Below, piece by piece: positions 9,763 to 19,953 of a DNA stretch of 64,000 nt. Within the stretch, counting starts at the first letter, position 1, and each line of letters opens with the position of its first letter. Position numbers and translations under genes: made by a program. The notes under the pieces were generated by a model that did no database searches, was not told the origin of the DNA, and saw only the letters and a program-made list of their open reading frames with translations. The stretch is from an uncultured Planctomycetaceae bacterium. GTDB lineage: Bacteria > Planctomycetota > Planctomycetia > Planctomycetales > Planctomycetaceae. Where the stretch lies: NCBI GenBank assembly GCA_963813715.1, contig CAWFAK010000005.1, forward strand, positions 736,001 to 800,000, in the 5' to 3' direction.

Positions 9763-10351
9763 ATGCGACACCGAAAAGCCGGCCGCAAGCTGGGCCGTAA
9801 TGCCTCGCATCGCAAGGCCCTCTTTCGCAATATGGCCGCGCAGCTGATCCGCTCGGTGCGGGTGGACGAAGAGGACAAGACCGGGCCCCAAGGTTCCCGG
9901 CCGCATCGTCACGACGTTGGCGAAGGCCAAGGAGCTGCGGCCCTACGTGGAAAAACTGGTCACGATGGGCGATCCGCGCGGCCGAACACTCGCAAAAGGC
10001 CCACGAGTTCCATAGCACGGCCGAACGAAACACGGCTGAATGGAAAAAGTGGCGCGAATCGGAGCAGTGGCAGAAGTGGAACCAGGCGGTCGCTCCCTCG
10101 GTGGCGCTTCCGTCGCCGCGGCGTTTTCCATCCTCCGCGATCGTGAGGCTGTGAGCGTCCTTTTTGACGAGCTCGCCGAGCGGTTCGCCGACCGGCCGGG
10201 CGGATACACCCGGGTCGTCCGCTTAGCTCAGGTCCGTCTGGGTGACGCGGGCCGCAAGGCCATTATCGAATTCACCGGCGAGCGCGATCGTGTGAAGGGC
10301 GGACGCCGCCGCGCGGCCCCGGTGGTCGCGGACAAGCGAGCCAAGTCATAA
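9763..10351 (+). CDS. rplQ: 50S ribosomal protein L17 with internal insertions (several indels)
   Basis: [45 protein letters not shown] in a second frame; [15 protein letters not shown]...GDAG in a later frame. Confidence 0.93.
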
Positions 10352-10456
10352 CGGGAAGCCCGGAGCTGAATGGCCTTCGGGCCGAAGTGCCGCGGGAGAC
10401 GGCGCACGGCACTGCTTAGAAAAACGCCGTGAACCCAACAGGAAATCTCGCGCAGG

Positions 10457-11050
10457 ATGTGCGTGCCGAAAGGATTCGATTTCACGCGGGCGATGCGGAC
10501 GCTGTGCCACGATGTGACGCAGCGGCTGGACGACTTTCGTCACGTCCGCATCGACGAGGTGGCGATCACTTTCGCCCAAGCCCGCCGCCGCGTCCCGCAT
10601 GGCTTGCAGGCCAAGCTCACGCCGATGCGGTTTGAGGACGGCTCGCTCCTGACCCGCCGCGGCGGTCGCGCCTGGACGCTCGAGCGTCTCTACGACGGCG
10701 ACCGCGAAATGCTCTACATCCTGACCTTCTATCTGCCGCGGTTTCTCGACCATTCGTTCCGGGAAAAACTGATCACAATTTTCCACGAGCTGTATCACAT
10801 CGGCCCGAAGTTCAACGGCGACATTCGCCGCATGAACGGCCGGTACCACGTCCACACCCACAGCCAGTGCGAGTACGACCGGGCGATGGGCACGCTCGTG
10901 AGCGAGTATCTCCGACTCTCGCCACCGGCGGAGTGCGTCGATTTCCTGCGGCACGATTTCCGCGGACTTTGCGCGCGTTACGGGGCCGTGCTGGGCAAGC
11001 GAATCGCCGCTCCTAAATTAATCGAGATCCCCAGCGCCAAGTCGGCCTGA
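10457..11050 (+). CDS. Hypothetical protein with HExxH motif (putative zinc metallopeptidase)
   Basis: KLITIFHELYHIGPKFNGDIRR; typical codon usage; start could be 10493. Confidence 0.7.
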   Translation: MCVPKGFDFTRAMRTLCHDVTQRLDDFRHVRIDEVAITFAQARRRVPHGLQAKLTPMRFEDGSLLTRRGGRAWTLERLYDGDREMLYILTFYLPRFLDHSFREKLITIFHELYHIGPKFNGDIRRMNGRYHVHTHSQCEYDRAMGTLVSEYLRLSPPAECVDFLRHDFRGLCARYGAVLGKRIAAPKLIEIPSAKSA

Positions 11051-11143
11051 CGGCCGGCAGCTGTCGCGAGGTCGGCATGAGGCGCCTCGATCGTCGAGTC
11101 GCGACCCGCGTCCGTTATTCACGCGGCCCAAGGGCCGATGGCG

Positions 11144-12084
11144 TTACCGCGAGGCGGAGGCTCGCACCGGAGCCGTTTTCCCGACGTGAGCCGCGGCCTT
11201 GGCCTTGATTTCTTCGGCCTTCGAGACCTGGGGGTTGGGAGTGGCGTCGCCGCTCTCCAAGCCGCGAATCCAGCGGACGGCTCCCTCGACCGACTTGAGG
11301 AAGGTTCTTGTTGGTCCAGGTCGTCTCGTTGTGTCCCAGGTTGGTGTAGAAGACCTTGCCCTGGCCCCAGTCCTTCACCCAGGCCAGCGGCATGGCCCAG
11401 GGGGAAGTCGGGTCGTTGCGTGGCTTGAAGTATGCGTTTTTCCCGCCTTTGTCGAGAATCGGCATGCACTTCTCCATATTGAGACCCATCAACAAGTGAA
11501 CCTTGTCGGGCTGCCAGTGGCGGTACCGGTAGATCTCGTCCTTGATCGTGAACTCGCGACCGAACGGCCGCGACGCGGGATGCTCGGTGTCGTAGACGTC
11601 AACGGTCACGAGCTTGCCCGAGGTCCACGGATGGCTGACGAACGTTCCGCCGATCATCTGCCAGTACGTTTCGTTCTCGTGATAGGTGTCGGTCGCGGAG
11701 TGGAAGCCCATGAACCCGTGGCCCTTTTGCTTGAGCCAGTCGTTGATGAAGTAGTCGAGGTTCTCGGGGCTGATCGGCAGATCGCCCGTCGTGTAGAACA
11801 TCACGATGTCGTAGTTCTTGAGGTTGTCCTTCGTGATGTCGGCGGCGCGCGTCCTGCGTGCAATGCAGGTCGTAGAGGCCGGTCTGCTGGCCGAGCTGCG
11901 TCATCGCGATTTCCGCCGGGGCGAGCGTCTCTTTGCGTCGGTTCACCGAACCGTGCACGAACCCTTTGCTCTGCGTGAGAAACAGGGCCTTGACCTTGGT
12001 CGCGGGCTCATCGGCCGACCGCGCGGGCGGCGCCAGAGCGAGCGAAAGGAGAGCCGCACCGATCATCGCGAATCGCAACTTCAT
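11144..12084 (-). CDS. Secreted ThuA-like (trehalose utilisation / class I GATase-like) protein, frameshifted
   Basis: Signal peptide, TQSKGFVHGSV, FYTTGDLP, GFMGFHSATDT, GGTFVSHPW, GKVFYTNLGHNE across frames; indels near 11850 and 11305. Confidence 0.85.
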
Positions 12085-12447
12085 TGCAGGTTTCCTCCGG
12101 GAAGGGTCGTTTCAGGTCGGGAGGGAGGCGGGGCGGGGTGAAGGGCCGCACGTCGCTGAACGTCGGCCATCATAGCGCACTGAACCCAGCCGCACAAACG
12201 CACGCCACGCGGCGGGAGGCGGTCGCGACTACGGGCGGCGCCCGACTTTATGGCGGGCGGCGGGGAGCGGGCGGCCGGGGTCTCAACACCGCCGGATTGG
12301 GCACCCATCCACGCATCGACACGCGTTGGCGCAGCAGCGGGGAATCGCCGGCGGCGTGGCATGGCTTTGGAAACCGGCCCCTGATTGACATGGCCGTTTC
12401 GACCGGGTTACAACGGATTTCCCGAGAAACAACGAGAGGTACCGGCT

Positions 12448-13610
12448 ATGAACCGCACGATTGGCAGATTTTTGATTCTTGGTGTTGTGGGACTCGCCCT
12501 GAGCCTGGGTGGTCGCTCCACCGCTAAGGCCCAATGGTCCTGGTGGGATGGCGGCTATTACAACTACGGTGTGGGCTACTCCCCCTACGCGTACGGCTAC
12601 GGCTATTCCCCGTACAGTACCAATTACTGGCCCAGCCAGTATTACGTCGGATACGGCAGTTACTCCTCTGTCCACGAGTATGGCCCGGCTCCTGCTGCGG
12701 CGGTTGCGGCAGCTGCGGCGGTGGTTGTGGCAGCTCTTGTGGATCGTGCTGCGGATTCCTCGTGTTGCAGCTCGGGATGCTGCGGATTGGCAGTTGTGGC
12801 GGTGGCTGCGGAGTTGCCAGCTGCGGCGGCCCTGTGGTTCGGGTTGTGGGCTGGCCTGCGGACCGAGTTGTGGCTGCTCCGAGCGGCTGCGGGGTCATCG
12901 GCTCGAGCGGTTGCGGAGCCACGACTGCCGGCTCCCGCAGGAAGCCCAGACCAATTCCCGAGGGCGAATTCCAGCCGCGCACGCCTACGATCCGGACGCG
13001 CCGCCGCGGACTGAACGAGCGTTCGCCTAAGCCGGACTTCGCCGACGTCGGCCAGCGGCCCGGGATCGGCGGGCCCTCCGCTGCCGGAGCCGATGCGGAC
13101 CCGGGCACCGGACGCTACTCGCGCGATCGTGCGGGCGACGGAGCCCAAGCCGGCTCCGACACAGCCGCTGAAAGATAAAGATTTGACCTGCCGGCGACCA
13201 AGCCGAGCACGACGACTCCTCCGCCGGGCGGGGCTTCGAAGGGCGACGACATGCCGTTTGAAACCAAGAAGCCGATTCTGCAGCGCGGAACCGATAAGAA
13301 AGCGCCAATCTCCACTCCGGACGATGCGGTGCCCGAGGACACTTCTTCCAAGAAGAAAGCGAAGCCCGACACCAATCCGGATCTGAAAAAGCCGTCCGCA
13401 GAACTCGAGGACAAGTCGAACGAGCGAACGCGGCAGAATGCTCCTGCGCTTACGCTGCAGGATCGATCGACCTGGCATTTGACGGGCGTGTCGCGACCGC
13501 TCTTTGGTCGCATTGCCAACCGTCCCGCCCCGACTCCCGAGCGGCTGACCTCGTCGAACGGCGATTGGGCCGTCTTCTCGGCCGACGAAGCGCAGGTCGT
13601 TCGTCGCTAG
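12448..13610 (+). CDS. Secreted low-complexity protein (Tyr/Gly-rich, Cys/Gly-rich, Pro/charged tail), multiply frameshifted
   Basis: gagagg RBS, signal peptide ending AKA-Q, YGVGYSPYAYGYGY block, (C/G/S)n block, C-terminal ORF 13251-13610. Confidence 0.7.
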
Positions 13611-14119
13611 TTCTGCGAATCGATTTTGCAGTCCAAATCACGAGGCGCCCGCGCTGTTGTGCGGGCGTCTCGGCGTTTGCGGCCGTGGGCCGGTTGCGGC
13701 GAGTTGTTTCGACGTCCCCCTGGCGGTGGTCTGGAAGCGGCCCGAACGGTTTGACTAGATTCGCTGGTCAGCGCATTCCGCGCCTCCACCCTCTTTGCTC
13801 CGTGCGTAACGTGCGAGTGACGGACGCTGGCGGCGAGGTCTCGTTTGGGTCGCAAGTGCCAGCGGCGGGCCGACATTTTGCGACGCCCAGGCGAACGGGC
13901 AAAATCGGCCGTTTTTTGCTGCCCTTTGGCACGCCGGGAGGGTCGCGGCGAAGGGCCATCTTTTCCGGTTTAAAGTGGCCGCAGAACGTATATTTGTAGT
14001 GGCGGATTCGATTCAGTCTTTGCTAGACTTGTTCGATATTAAGCCGTGTTTGGCGCGGTCCGCTGTCGGGCGGGATCGCTCTTTACCAACTCGAAGTTTC
14101 GGACTGGGAAGGGTTACGG

Positions 14120-14299
14120 ATGAGTAGCTCGATGTTGCTCGAGCCTTCGATCGAAGGGGGCTCGGAAGTCGATCCGATTGAGGAGATTCGTCTCCGCACG
14201 TGGGCTCGGAAGAATTACGCTCCGATGCATAAACGCGACGAAACGCTGCATCCAATCATCCTGGACGAGATGAAGCGCAAGGACGAAGAGAAGAACTAA
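14120..14299 (+). CDS. Small 59-aa hypothetical protein (not in ORF track), paralogue of 49574-49873
   Basis: Manual translation MSSSMLLEPSIEGGSEVDPIEEIRLRTWARKNYAPMHKRDETLHPIILDEMKRKDEEKN*; gggaaggg upstream; 18/40 ungapped identity to the second copy. Confidence 0.85.
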   Translation: MSSSMLLEPSIEGGSEVDPIEEIRLRTWARKNYAPMHKRDETLHPIILDEMKRKDEEKN

Positions 14300-14404
14300 C
14301 GTTCGCCGGCCCCTCGCGCCGGGGTTGGTATCGTGCGATGCGCTCTCGTGGAGTCGGTCGCAAGGTCGCGGCCGCTAACGCGCGAAACTGCTTCACCAGC
14401 GCAT

Positions 14405-14440
14405 AAAAAAACGCCCGGATCATCCGGGCGTTTTTCGTTT
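14405..14440. terminator. Bidirectional rho-independent terminator
   Basis: aaaaaaacgcccggat-c-atccgggcgttttt between convergent genes. Confidence 0.9.
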
Positions 14441-14464
14441 CGAGTCGTTGCTTGTGCGACGAGA

Positions 14465-15160
14465 TCAGTTGGAGCCGCGATACGAGGTCGGCTCGCCGGC
14501 GCCGCGTCCGTTGGTCGGCTGAGTTTCACTCGGCGGCTGTTCCGAGGTATTGGCCCGGCTCTGCGGCATGCTTTCGTTGCCGCGGCTCTGGGCCGGCTTA
14601 GTCCAGTTGGCCACCGACCAGTACGGATAGTTTTCAACCACGGCCGCGCCCAGATCCTGCAGCACTTCACGGAAGCGGGCCGTCGTCATGTTTTCATTCG
14701 AGACGACGCGTTCGAGCACGAAGCGAGTGTTGGCGGGGATGTAGGCGAAGAACTTGCCGTTGCCCAGCGTGTCGTTCTTTGCCAAGAGCCGCAACAAGGC
14801 CGTGCGGGGCACCTCGGCCGCCGTCTTCGGGCACTGATCGAGCCAGGCCATCACCCAGACGGTGTTGCCGTTCTCGCTGAGCACGGCCGACATCGACAGG
14901 GTCCATGGCTCCTTGTTGTAGGTGGCCGGGAAGCTGAAGTCGAAGCGGCGTTCATCCAGCTTCACCTGAATGCCCATCGCCCGAATCAGCGTGCCCAGTT
15001 CCTCCTGGCTCAGGTGGCCGGGAACCGACTGTTCGGCCGGTGCCGCCGCGTGGCCGCCTCCTGGATCGGCGGCCCGCAGCTGATGGGCGGCCGCCAGCGT
15101 GCAGCTTGACGCCAGCACAAACCCTCCGATGATCCACCACGTGCGACTAGGCGTCCGCAT
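14465..15160 (-). CDS. Exported protein with YbjN / type III chaperone (CesT)-like domain
   Basis: Signal peptide, then LSMSAVLSENGNTVWVMAWL...ALLRLLAKND...FREVLQDLGAAVVENYPYW; fold call is by resemblance only. Confidence 0.55.
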   Translation of the reverse strand: MRTPSRTWWIIGGFVLASSCTLAAAHQLRAADPGGGHAAAPAEQSVPGHLSQEELGTLIRAMGIQVKLDERRFDFSFPATYNKEPWTLSMSAVLSENGNTVWVMAWLDQCPKTAAEVPRTALLRLLAKNDTLGNGKFFAYIPANTRFVLERVVSNENMTTARFREVLQDLGAAVVENYPYWSVANWTKPAQSRGNESMPQSRANTSEQPPSETQPTNGRGAGEPTSYRGSN

Positions 15161-15286
15161 GACACGACACTCCTTTGTCTGGTCAATTCGTCCCTGACAG
15201 CCGGGAGGGCTGCCGCCAAGCAGGCTCGGTCCTCCGAGGCCGGCGGCGCTGCCGAAATGTTCGTTTCGGAGCTTCAGGAAGACTGG

Positions 15287-15889
15287 CTAAAAGAGATGTT
15301 TGAGGCAGATTTGCGACCAGGTCTCGAAACTCTCGAGCTCGCTGGTCAACTTTGCGGGTAAGGCAAAGCCTGTCTCTATAATCGACTCTTCGCGTGGGCG
15401 GACTTTGGGCGCTTCGAGCTCAAAGAGATGCACGATGCCTAAATGCACGCGGCCGACGTCGGTCTGATCGTCGTTAATCAGGCCTACGCAGCTCTCCGTG
15501 AACGCCGACTCGAGGAAGACTTCCTCGTCGATTTCGCGGCGCATCGCGGCCAAATACGACTCGCGGGCCGTGTCGGCGTCGGTGGAGGCGATATGCCCGC
15601 CAATGCCGACCGAACGCAGGCTGTGCAGTCTCGCCTCTCCCTGTGCCTTGCCCCGCTTGTAATGAAACACCTCGCCCTGGCTGCGGAAGATGCAATACGG
15701 AATCAGCTGCTTGTAGCTGGGGTCGGTCTCGACCTCGTCCCGCGGCCGATAGGTCGTGTAGTTGGGGTCGAAGAGGGTTTTAAAGTAGGGCTGGGCGTCG
15801 GCCAGAAACCCCTGAAAGTGTCCGAGTTCGTGAAACAGCAACGTTGGGATGCAGAGCACGCGCTCGGCGGACATCTGGCTGACGGACAT
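15287..15889 (-). CDS. Predicted NUDIX-family phosphoesterase (COG4112-like)
   Basis: [49 protein letters not shown]. Confidence 0.85.
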   Translation of the reverse strand: MSVSQMSAERVLCIPTLLFHELGHFQGFLADAQPYFKTLFDPNYTTYRPRDEVETDPSYKQLIPYCIFRSQGEVFHYKRGKAQGEARLHSLRSVGIGGHIASTDADTARESYLAAMRREIDEEVFLESAFTESCVGLINDDQTDVGRVHLGIVHLFELEAPKVRPREESIIETGFALPAKLTSELESFETWSQICLKHLF

Positions 15890-15909
15890 GGCGATTGTCT
15901 CCTTATCAA

Positions 15910-16737
15910 TCAGGGGCGTGAGGTTCGAGATTCCGTATGAACGTCGACGGTGGGAACCGGGCCGAGCAAATCGGCGATCGTCGCGGCGACGTTGCCCGAT
16001 CGCATGAGTGTCTCGCCGACCAGGATAGCCCGCACGCCGGCCGCGCGGAGGCGAGCCACATCGTCGCTGGTGCGAATGCCGCTCTCGCTGACGAGGATCG
16101 TCTGGGCGGCGGCGCGGGGAGCCAGTTCCAGCGTGTGATCTAAGTCGGTGGCGAACGTGCGCAGGTCGCGGTTGTTGATGCCGACGATCGCTGGCTCCAA
16201 CTCCAGCACGCGATCGAGATTCTCCGCGTCGTAAATTTCGACGAGCGCGTCCATGCCCAATTCCGACGCGTAGAAGTACAGCTCTCGCAGCCGGCAGTTG
16301 TCCAGGCATTCGGCGATCAATAGCACGCAGTCGGCGCCGGCGGCGCGGGCCTCGAGCACCTGATAGCGATCGATCAGGAAATCCTTCCGCAGGACCGGGA
16401 CCGACACGGCTTGTCGCACCCGCACCAGGTCGTCGAGCGAGCCTTGAAAGAACTTTTCATCCGTCAGCACGCTGAGGCACGCCGCGCCGCACCGTTCATA
16501 GGTCTGGCCGACGGCGACCGGATCGATGTCGCCGCGAATTAGGCCGGCCGACGGCGAGGCCCGCTTGACCTCGGCAATCAATGCCACGGGGCCGTGGGCA
16601 GCCAAGGCGGCGGCGAAGCCTCGCACCGCGGGGGCGTCGGCCAGACGCCGCTGGAGCTCGTGCGGAGGGACGGCCGATTTGGCTCGTTCCAGTTCGCTTC
16701 TCTTGTGTTCGACGATTTCGCGTAGCACGTCCGGCAT
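15910..16737 (-). CDS. trpC: Indole-3-glycerol phosphate synthase
   Basis: [43 protein letters not shown]. Confidence 0.97.
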   Translation of the reverse strand: MPDVLREIVEHKRSELERAKSAVPPHELQRRLADAPAVRGFAAALAAHGPVALIAEVKRASPSAGLIRGDIDPVAVGQTYERCGAACLSVLTDEKFFQGSLDDLVRVRQAVSVPVLRKDFLIDRYQVLEARAAGADCVLLIAECLDNCRLRELYFYASELGMDALVEIYDAENLDRVLELEPAIVGINNRDLRTFATDLDHTLELAPRAAAQTILVSESGIRTSDDVARLRAAGVRAILVGETLMRSGNVAATIADLLGPVPTVDVHTESRTSRP

Positions 16738-16840
16738 GGCCGTTCGATCATACAGGCCCGCCGCGCGTCGAGAAACCACGGGCCCGGCAAGCGACAACCC
16801 CCGGCATCAGATAAAGTGATAGATCCAGTAGTTATCGATC

Positions 16841-17710
16841 TTGGCGCAACTTTCCAGACTGTCCGCGGACGACCGAGATTCGACGCCTGATCCAACCGAC
16901 ATGCCCGACGCACCCGATCCAATTCCCACCGTTCTGCTCGTGGCGCTGTTCCTGGTGCTGGCCGAGATTGTCCGCGCGTTTTCCAGTGGAACTCTACACG
17001 CGCCGCAGCCCCCCCGGCGAACGCTCCAGTTCGATTGGGTCGTGCTGCTCGCGGCGGCATCCTTCATTCTGCTCAATCTGATTCCAGTTCTTTTGCGTCC
17101 GTTAATTGGCGGCCCAGAGCCGGAGCCCAAACACCCGCCGACGAACTTCCTGATCGTGGTTTCGATTTTCTTCAACTTCGCCATGCTGATGGTGCTGCTC
17201 GCGGTGATTCCCGCCCGACAGAAGAATCGTCTGACTGACTACGGCATCGACCGGCGCGGCTGGCTGGCCGAGGTTCGTTACGGGGGCCTCGGCTTTTTGG
17301 CGTGCTTGCCCTTCGTGATCCTGGTGATGGGTCTGGTCAGCCGTTGGCGGAGCCCGGACACGCAGAACGCGCTCTTGATCCTGCTGCGACAGGCGGGCAA
17401 CGAGTGGACGATCGTTGGCGTTGTGTTTACGGCCGTGGTGTCGGCGCCGCTCACCGAGGAACTGTTGTTTCGCGTCGCCTTTCAGGGATCGCTGGAAACG
17501 CGTCTGCCGCTCCCCTGGGCGATCGGCATTCCGGCCGTGATTTTTGCCTCGGTGCACGGCCGCTACGATGCGCTGCCCCTCCTGCCTCTGGCCATTGTGC
17601 TGGGCGTGCTCTACCACCTGCGCCGCAGCTATGTGGCCTGCGTGACGACGCACGCGATGTTCAACGCCACGTTTTTGGTCCTCGCGCTTTGGCAGCGGCA
17701 AGCCGCCTGA
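16841..17710 (+). CDS. CPBP/Abi (CAAX protease-like) intramembrane metalloprotease
   Basis: APLTEELLFR, FASVH and HAMFN motifs; multiple hydrophobic helices; start may be 16901. Confidence 0.9.
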   Translation: MAQLSRLSADDRDSTPDPTDMPDAPDPIPTVLLVALFLVLAEIVRAFSSGTLHAPQPPRRTLQFDWVVLLAAASFILLNLIPVLLRPLIGGPEPEPKHPPTNFLIVVSIFFNFAMLMVLLAVIPARQKNRLTDYGIDRRGWLAEVRYGGLGFLACLPFVILVMGLVSRWRSPDTQNALLILLRQAGNEWTIVGVVFTAVVSAPLTEELLFRVAFQGSLETRLPLPWAIGIPAVIFASVHGRYDALPLLPLAIVLGVLYHLRRSYVACVTTHAMFNATFLVLALWQRQAA

Positions 17711-17866
17711 GCAGCCGAGCGAACGGCACCGGAGTGGTGGTTGCACCCGGGCGAGGCGCGGACGCTGGCAGCCAGGCGCGGCGCCTGATAAGTTCCGTGC
17801 GGACAGCCCATGCGTTCGGGCTCCAACCGCGGCACATCCGGCCGCCCCAGCGAACGAAGGTTGCGC

Positions 17867-19099
17867 GTGGTCGCGTTTTTACCGGTCGACGAACAGTTGG
17901 CGATCATTCGCCGCGGGGCGGAAAAAATCCTGCCCGATGAGGAGCTGGTCGCGCGGCTGAAGCAGAGCCGCGATACGGGCGTGCCTTTGCGCGTGAAGTA
18001 CGGCATCGATCCGACGGGCATCGACGTCCATCTGGGACACACGGTGCCGATGCGGAAGATGCGGCAGTTTCAAGAACTGGGCCACCAGGCCGTGATCATC
18101 ATCGGCGACTACACAGCCCGCGTCGGTGACCCGAGCGGCCGCGATTCGACTCGCGCCCGCCTGACCGGCGAACAGGTCGATCGCAACGCCGAAACCTACC
18201 TGACCCAGCTCGGCCGCGTGCTCGACTTGTCCAAGACCGAGGTCGTCCGCAACGGCGATTGGTTCGCGAAAATGTCGTTCGCGGAGCTGCTCGAGCTTTG
18301 CGGCAAGGTGACCGTGGCACAGCTGCTCACGCGCGACGACTTCGCCAAGCGAATGCAGACCGAGTCGCCGATCTTTCTGCACGAATGCTTGTACCCGGTG
18401 ATGCAGGCCTGGGACTCGGTGATGGTGCGGGCCGATGTCGAGCTGGGAGGCACGGAGCAGCTTTACAGCTTCATGCTGGCCCGCGACCTCCAGCGGCTGC
18501 AGCAGATGCCGTCACAGATCGCCCTGATGATGCCGATCCTGGTCGGCCTCGACGGCGTGCGCCGCATGGGCAAGAGCCTGGGTAACTACATCGGCATCGG
18601 CGAACAGCCGTACGACATGATGAAGAAGTTCATGCAGGTGCCCGACGCGATGATGCCCATGTACTTCGAGCTGCTGACCGATTTTCCGCTCGACGAGGCC
18701 CGGACTCAAATCGCCGCCGACCCCAAACAGGCCAAGCTCACCTTGGGCCGCACGGTGATCGGGCAGTATTACGCCGCTGCCGAAGCGGAGGCAGCAGCCG
18801 ACCAGTGGGAACGCGAAGTCGGCCAGGGAGGCGTCCCCAGCGACGTTCCCGAAGCGTCCTTGCCCGCCGGCGAGCTCGATTCCGCCGGCCAAATCTCCGC
18901 GCTGGGGCTGCTCAAGGCCCTGAAGCTCTGCGCGAGCACGAGCGAGGCCATTCGACTGATCGACGGGGGCGGTGCCTATCTGTACAACGGCGCCGACAAG
19001 ACGCGGATAGAAACCGGCAAACAAATGCTCACGGTGACTAGCGGGATGATCGTGCGGGCCGGCAAGAAGAAGGCGTGTCGCGTGCGAATTGAGCCATAA
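17867..19099 (+). CDS. tyrS: Tyrosine--tRNA ligase
   Basis: GIDPTG.DVHLGH (HIGH), YPVMQAWD, ELGGTEQ, MGKSLGN (KMSKS variant), S4-like C-terminus. Confidence 0.96.
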   Translation: MVAFLPVDEQLAIIRRGAEKILPDEELVARLKQSRDTGVPLRVKYGIDPTGIDVHLGHTVPMRKMRQFQELGHQAVIIIGDYTARVGDPSGRDSTRARLTGEQVDRNAETYLTQLGRVLDLSKTEVVRNGDWFAKMSFAELLELCGKVTVAQLLTRDDFAKRMQTESPIFLHECLYPVMQAWDSVMVRADVELGGTEQLYSFMLARDLQRLQQMPSQIALMMPILVGLDGVRRMGKSLGNYIGIGEQPYDMMKKFMQVPDAMMPMYFELLTDFPLDEARTQIAADPKQAKLTLGRTVIGQYYAAAEAEAAADQWEREVGQGGVPSDVPEASLPAGELDSAGQISALGLLKALKLCASTSEAIRLIDGGGAYLYNGADKTRIETGKQMLTVTSGMIVRAGKKKACRVRIEP

Positions 19100-19369
19100 C
19101 CCTCTGTCGGGCGCGACCTGTGGTCGAAACCGGCCCAAGTGCCGTCGAGACAAAAACTGGCGATCCAATCGTCCTTTTGGTGTGTCTTCGTTGTCAGGGG
19201 TCTTACGTGGTCGCGGAGAGTCGGGGCTGGGCCGAGGTGGTTGCGGTCTGGCCGGTAAAGGCCGCGATCACGCAGTCCCTGTAAAAGCCAGTCCCTGTAT
19301 AAGGCGGAGGCGAAGGCGCGTATAATGGTCGCAAATCTCGATCGGCTCGTTTGGTCCGCGGTGCTTCCG

Positions 19370-19903
19370 ATGGTGTCGAAAGCCCAACTCGACCACGCCC
19401 GCCGGCTGCAAGCGGCCAGCGGCTATCTCGACCTGGAAATGCCCGACCACGCCCTGCGGGCGCTGGCCGGCATTGCCCACCCGGAGACCACGCCGTTCGA
19501 GTTTCATCTGCTTCGCGGCATGGCGCTGCGCTGTGCGGGCCGATTCGCGGAGGCGCTCGTCGCCCTGACGCATGCCCGGGAAGAACGTCCGGACGATCTA
19601 GACGTGCTGATGGGAATGGCCTGGTGTTTCAAGCGGACCGAACAGCTGCCGCGAGCCATCACCACGATGGAAGAGGCGTACCGGGCGCATCCGAAAGTTC
19701 CGGTCGTGCTCTACAATATCGCCTGCTACTATTCCCTGGCCGGCGACAAAGTGCAGGCCCTGTCGTGGCTGGGTCGAGCGCTGCGGATGAACGCCGATCT
19801 ACGAAAGCTGATCGACGACGAGTCCGATTTCGATTCGCTCCGTCAGGATCCCGACTTTCAGTACATCACGAAGCTGGAGCTCTTGACCGACCGGCCCGAA
19901 TAG
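19370..19903 (+). CDS. Tetratricopeptide repeat protein
   Basis: AASGYLDLEMP, GMAWCFKR, LYNIACYYSL, ESDFDSLR (TPR-end motif); TATAAT at 19321 favours the 19370 start. Confidence 0.85.
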   Translation: MVSKAQLDHARRLQAASGYLDLEMPDHALRALAGIAHPETTPFEFHLLRGMALRCAGRFAEALVALTHAREERPDDLDVLMGMAWCFKRTEQLPRAITTMEEAYRAHPKVPVVLYNIACYYSLAGDKVQALSWLGRALRMNADLRKLIDDESDFDSLRQDPDFQYITKLELLTDRPE

Positions 19904-19953
19904 TCGGGCCCGAGCGCCTCCAGCCTCCCGACACGGATGCCCCGAGACGATCG

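Noticed and set aside
12356..12372. Sigma54 promoters (tggca sites at about 12357, 13927 and 32889)
   Set aside because: The GG-N10-GC spacing or the TTGC element is not satisfied
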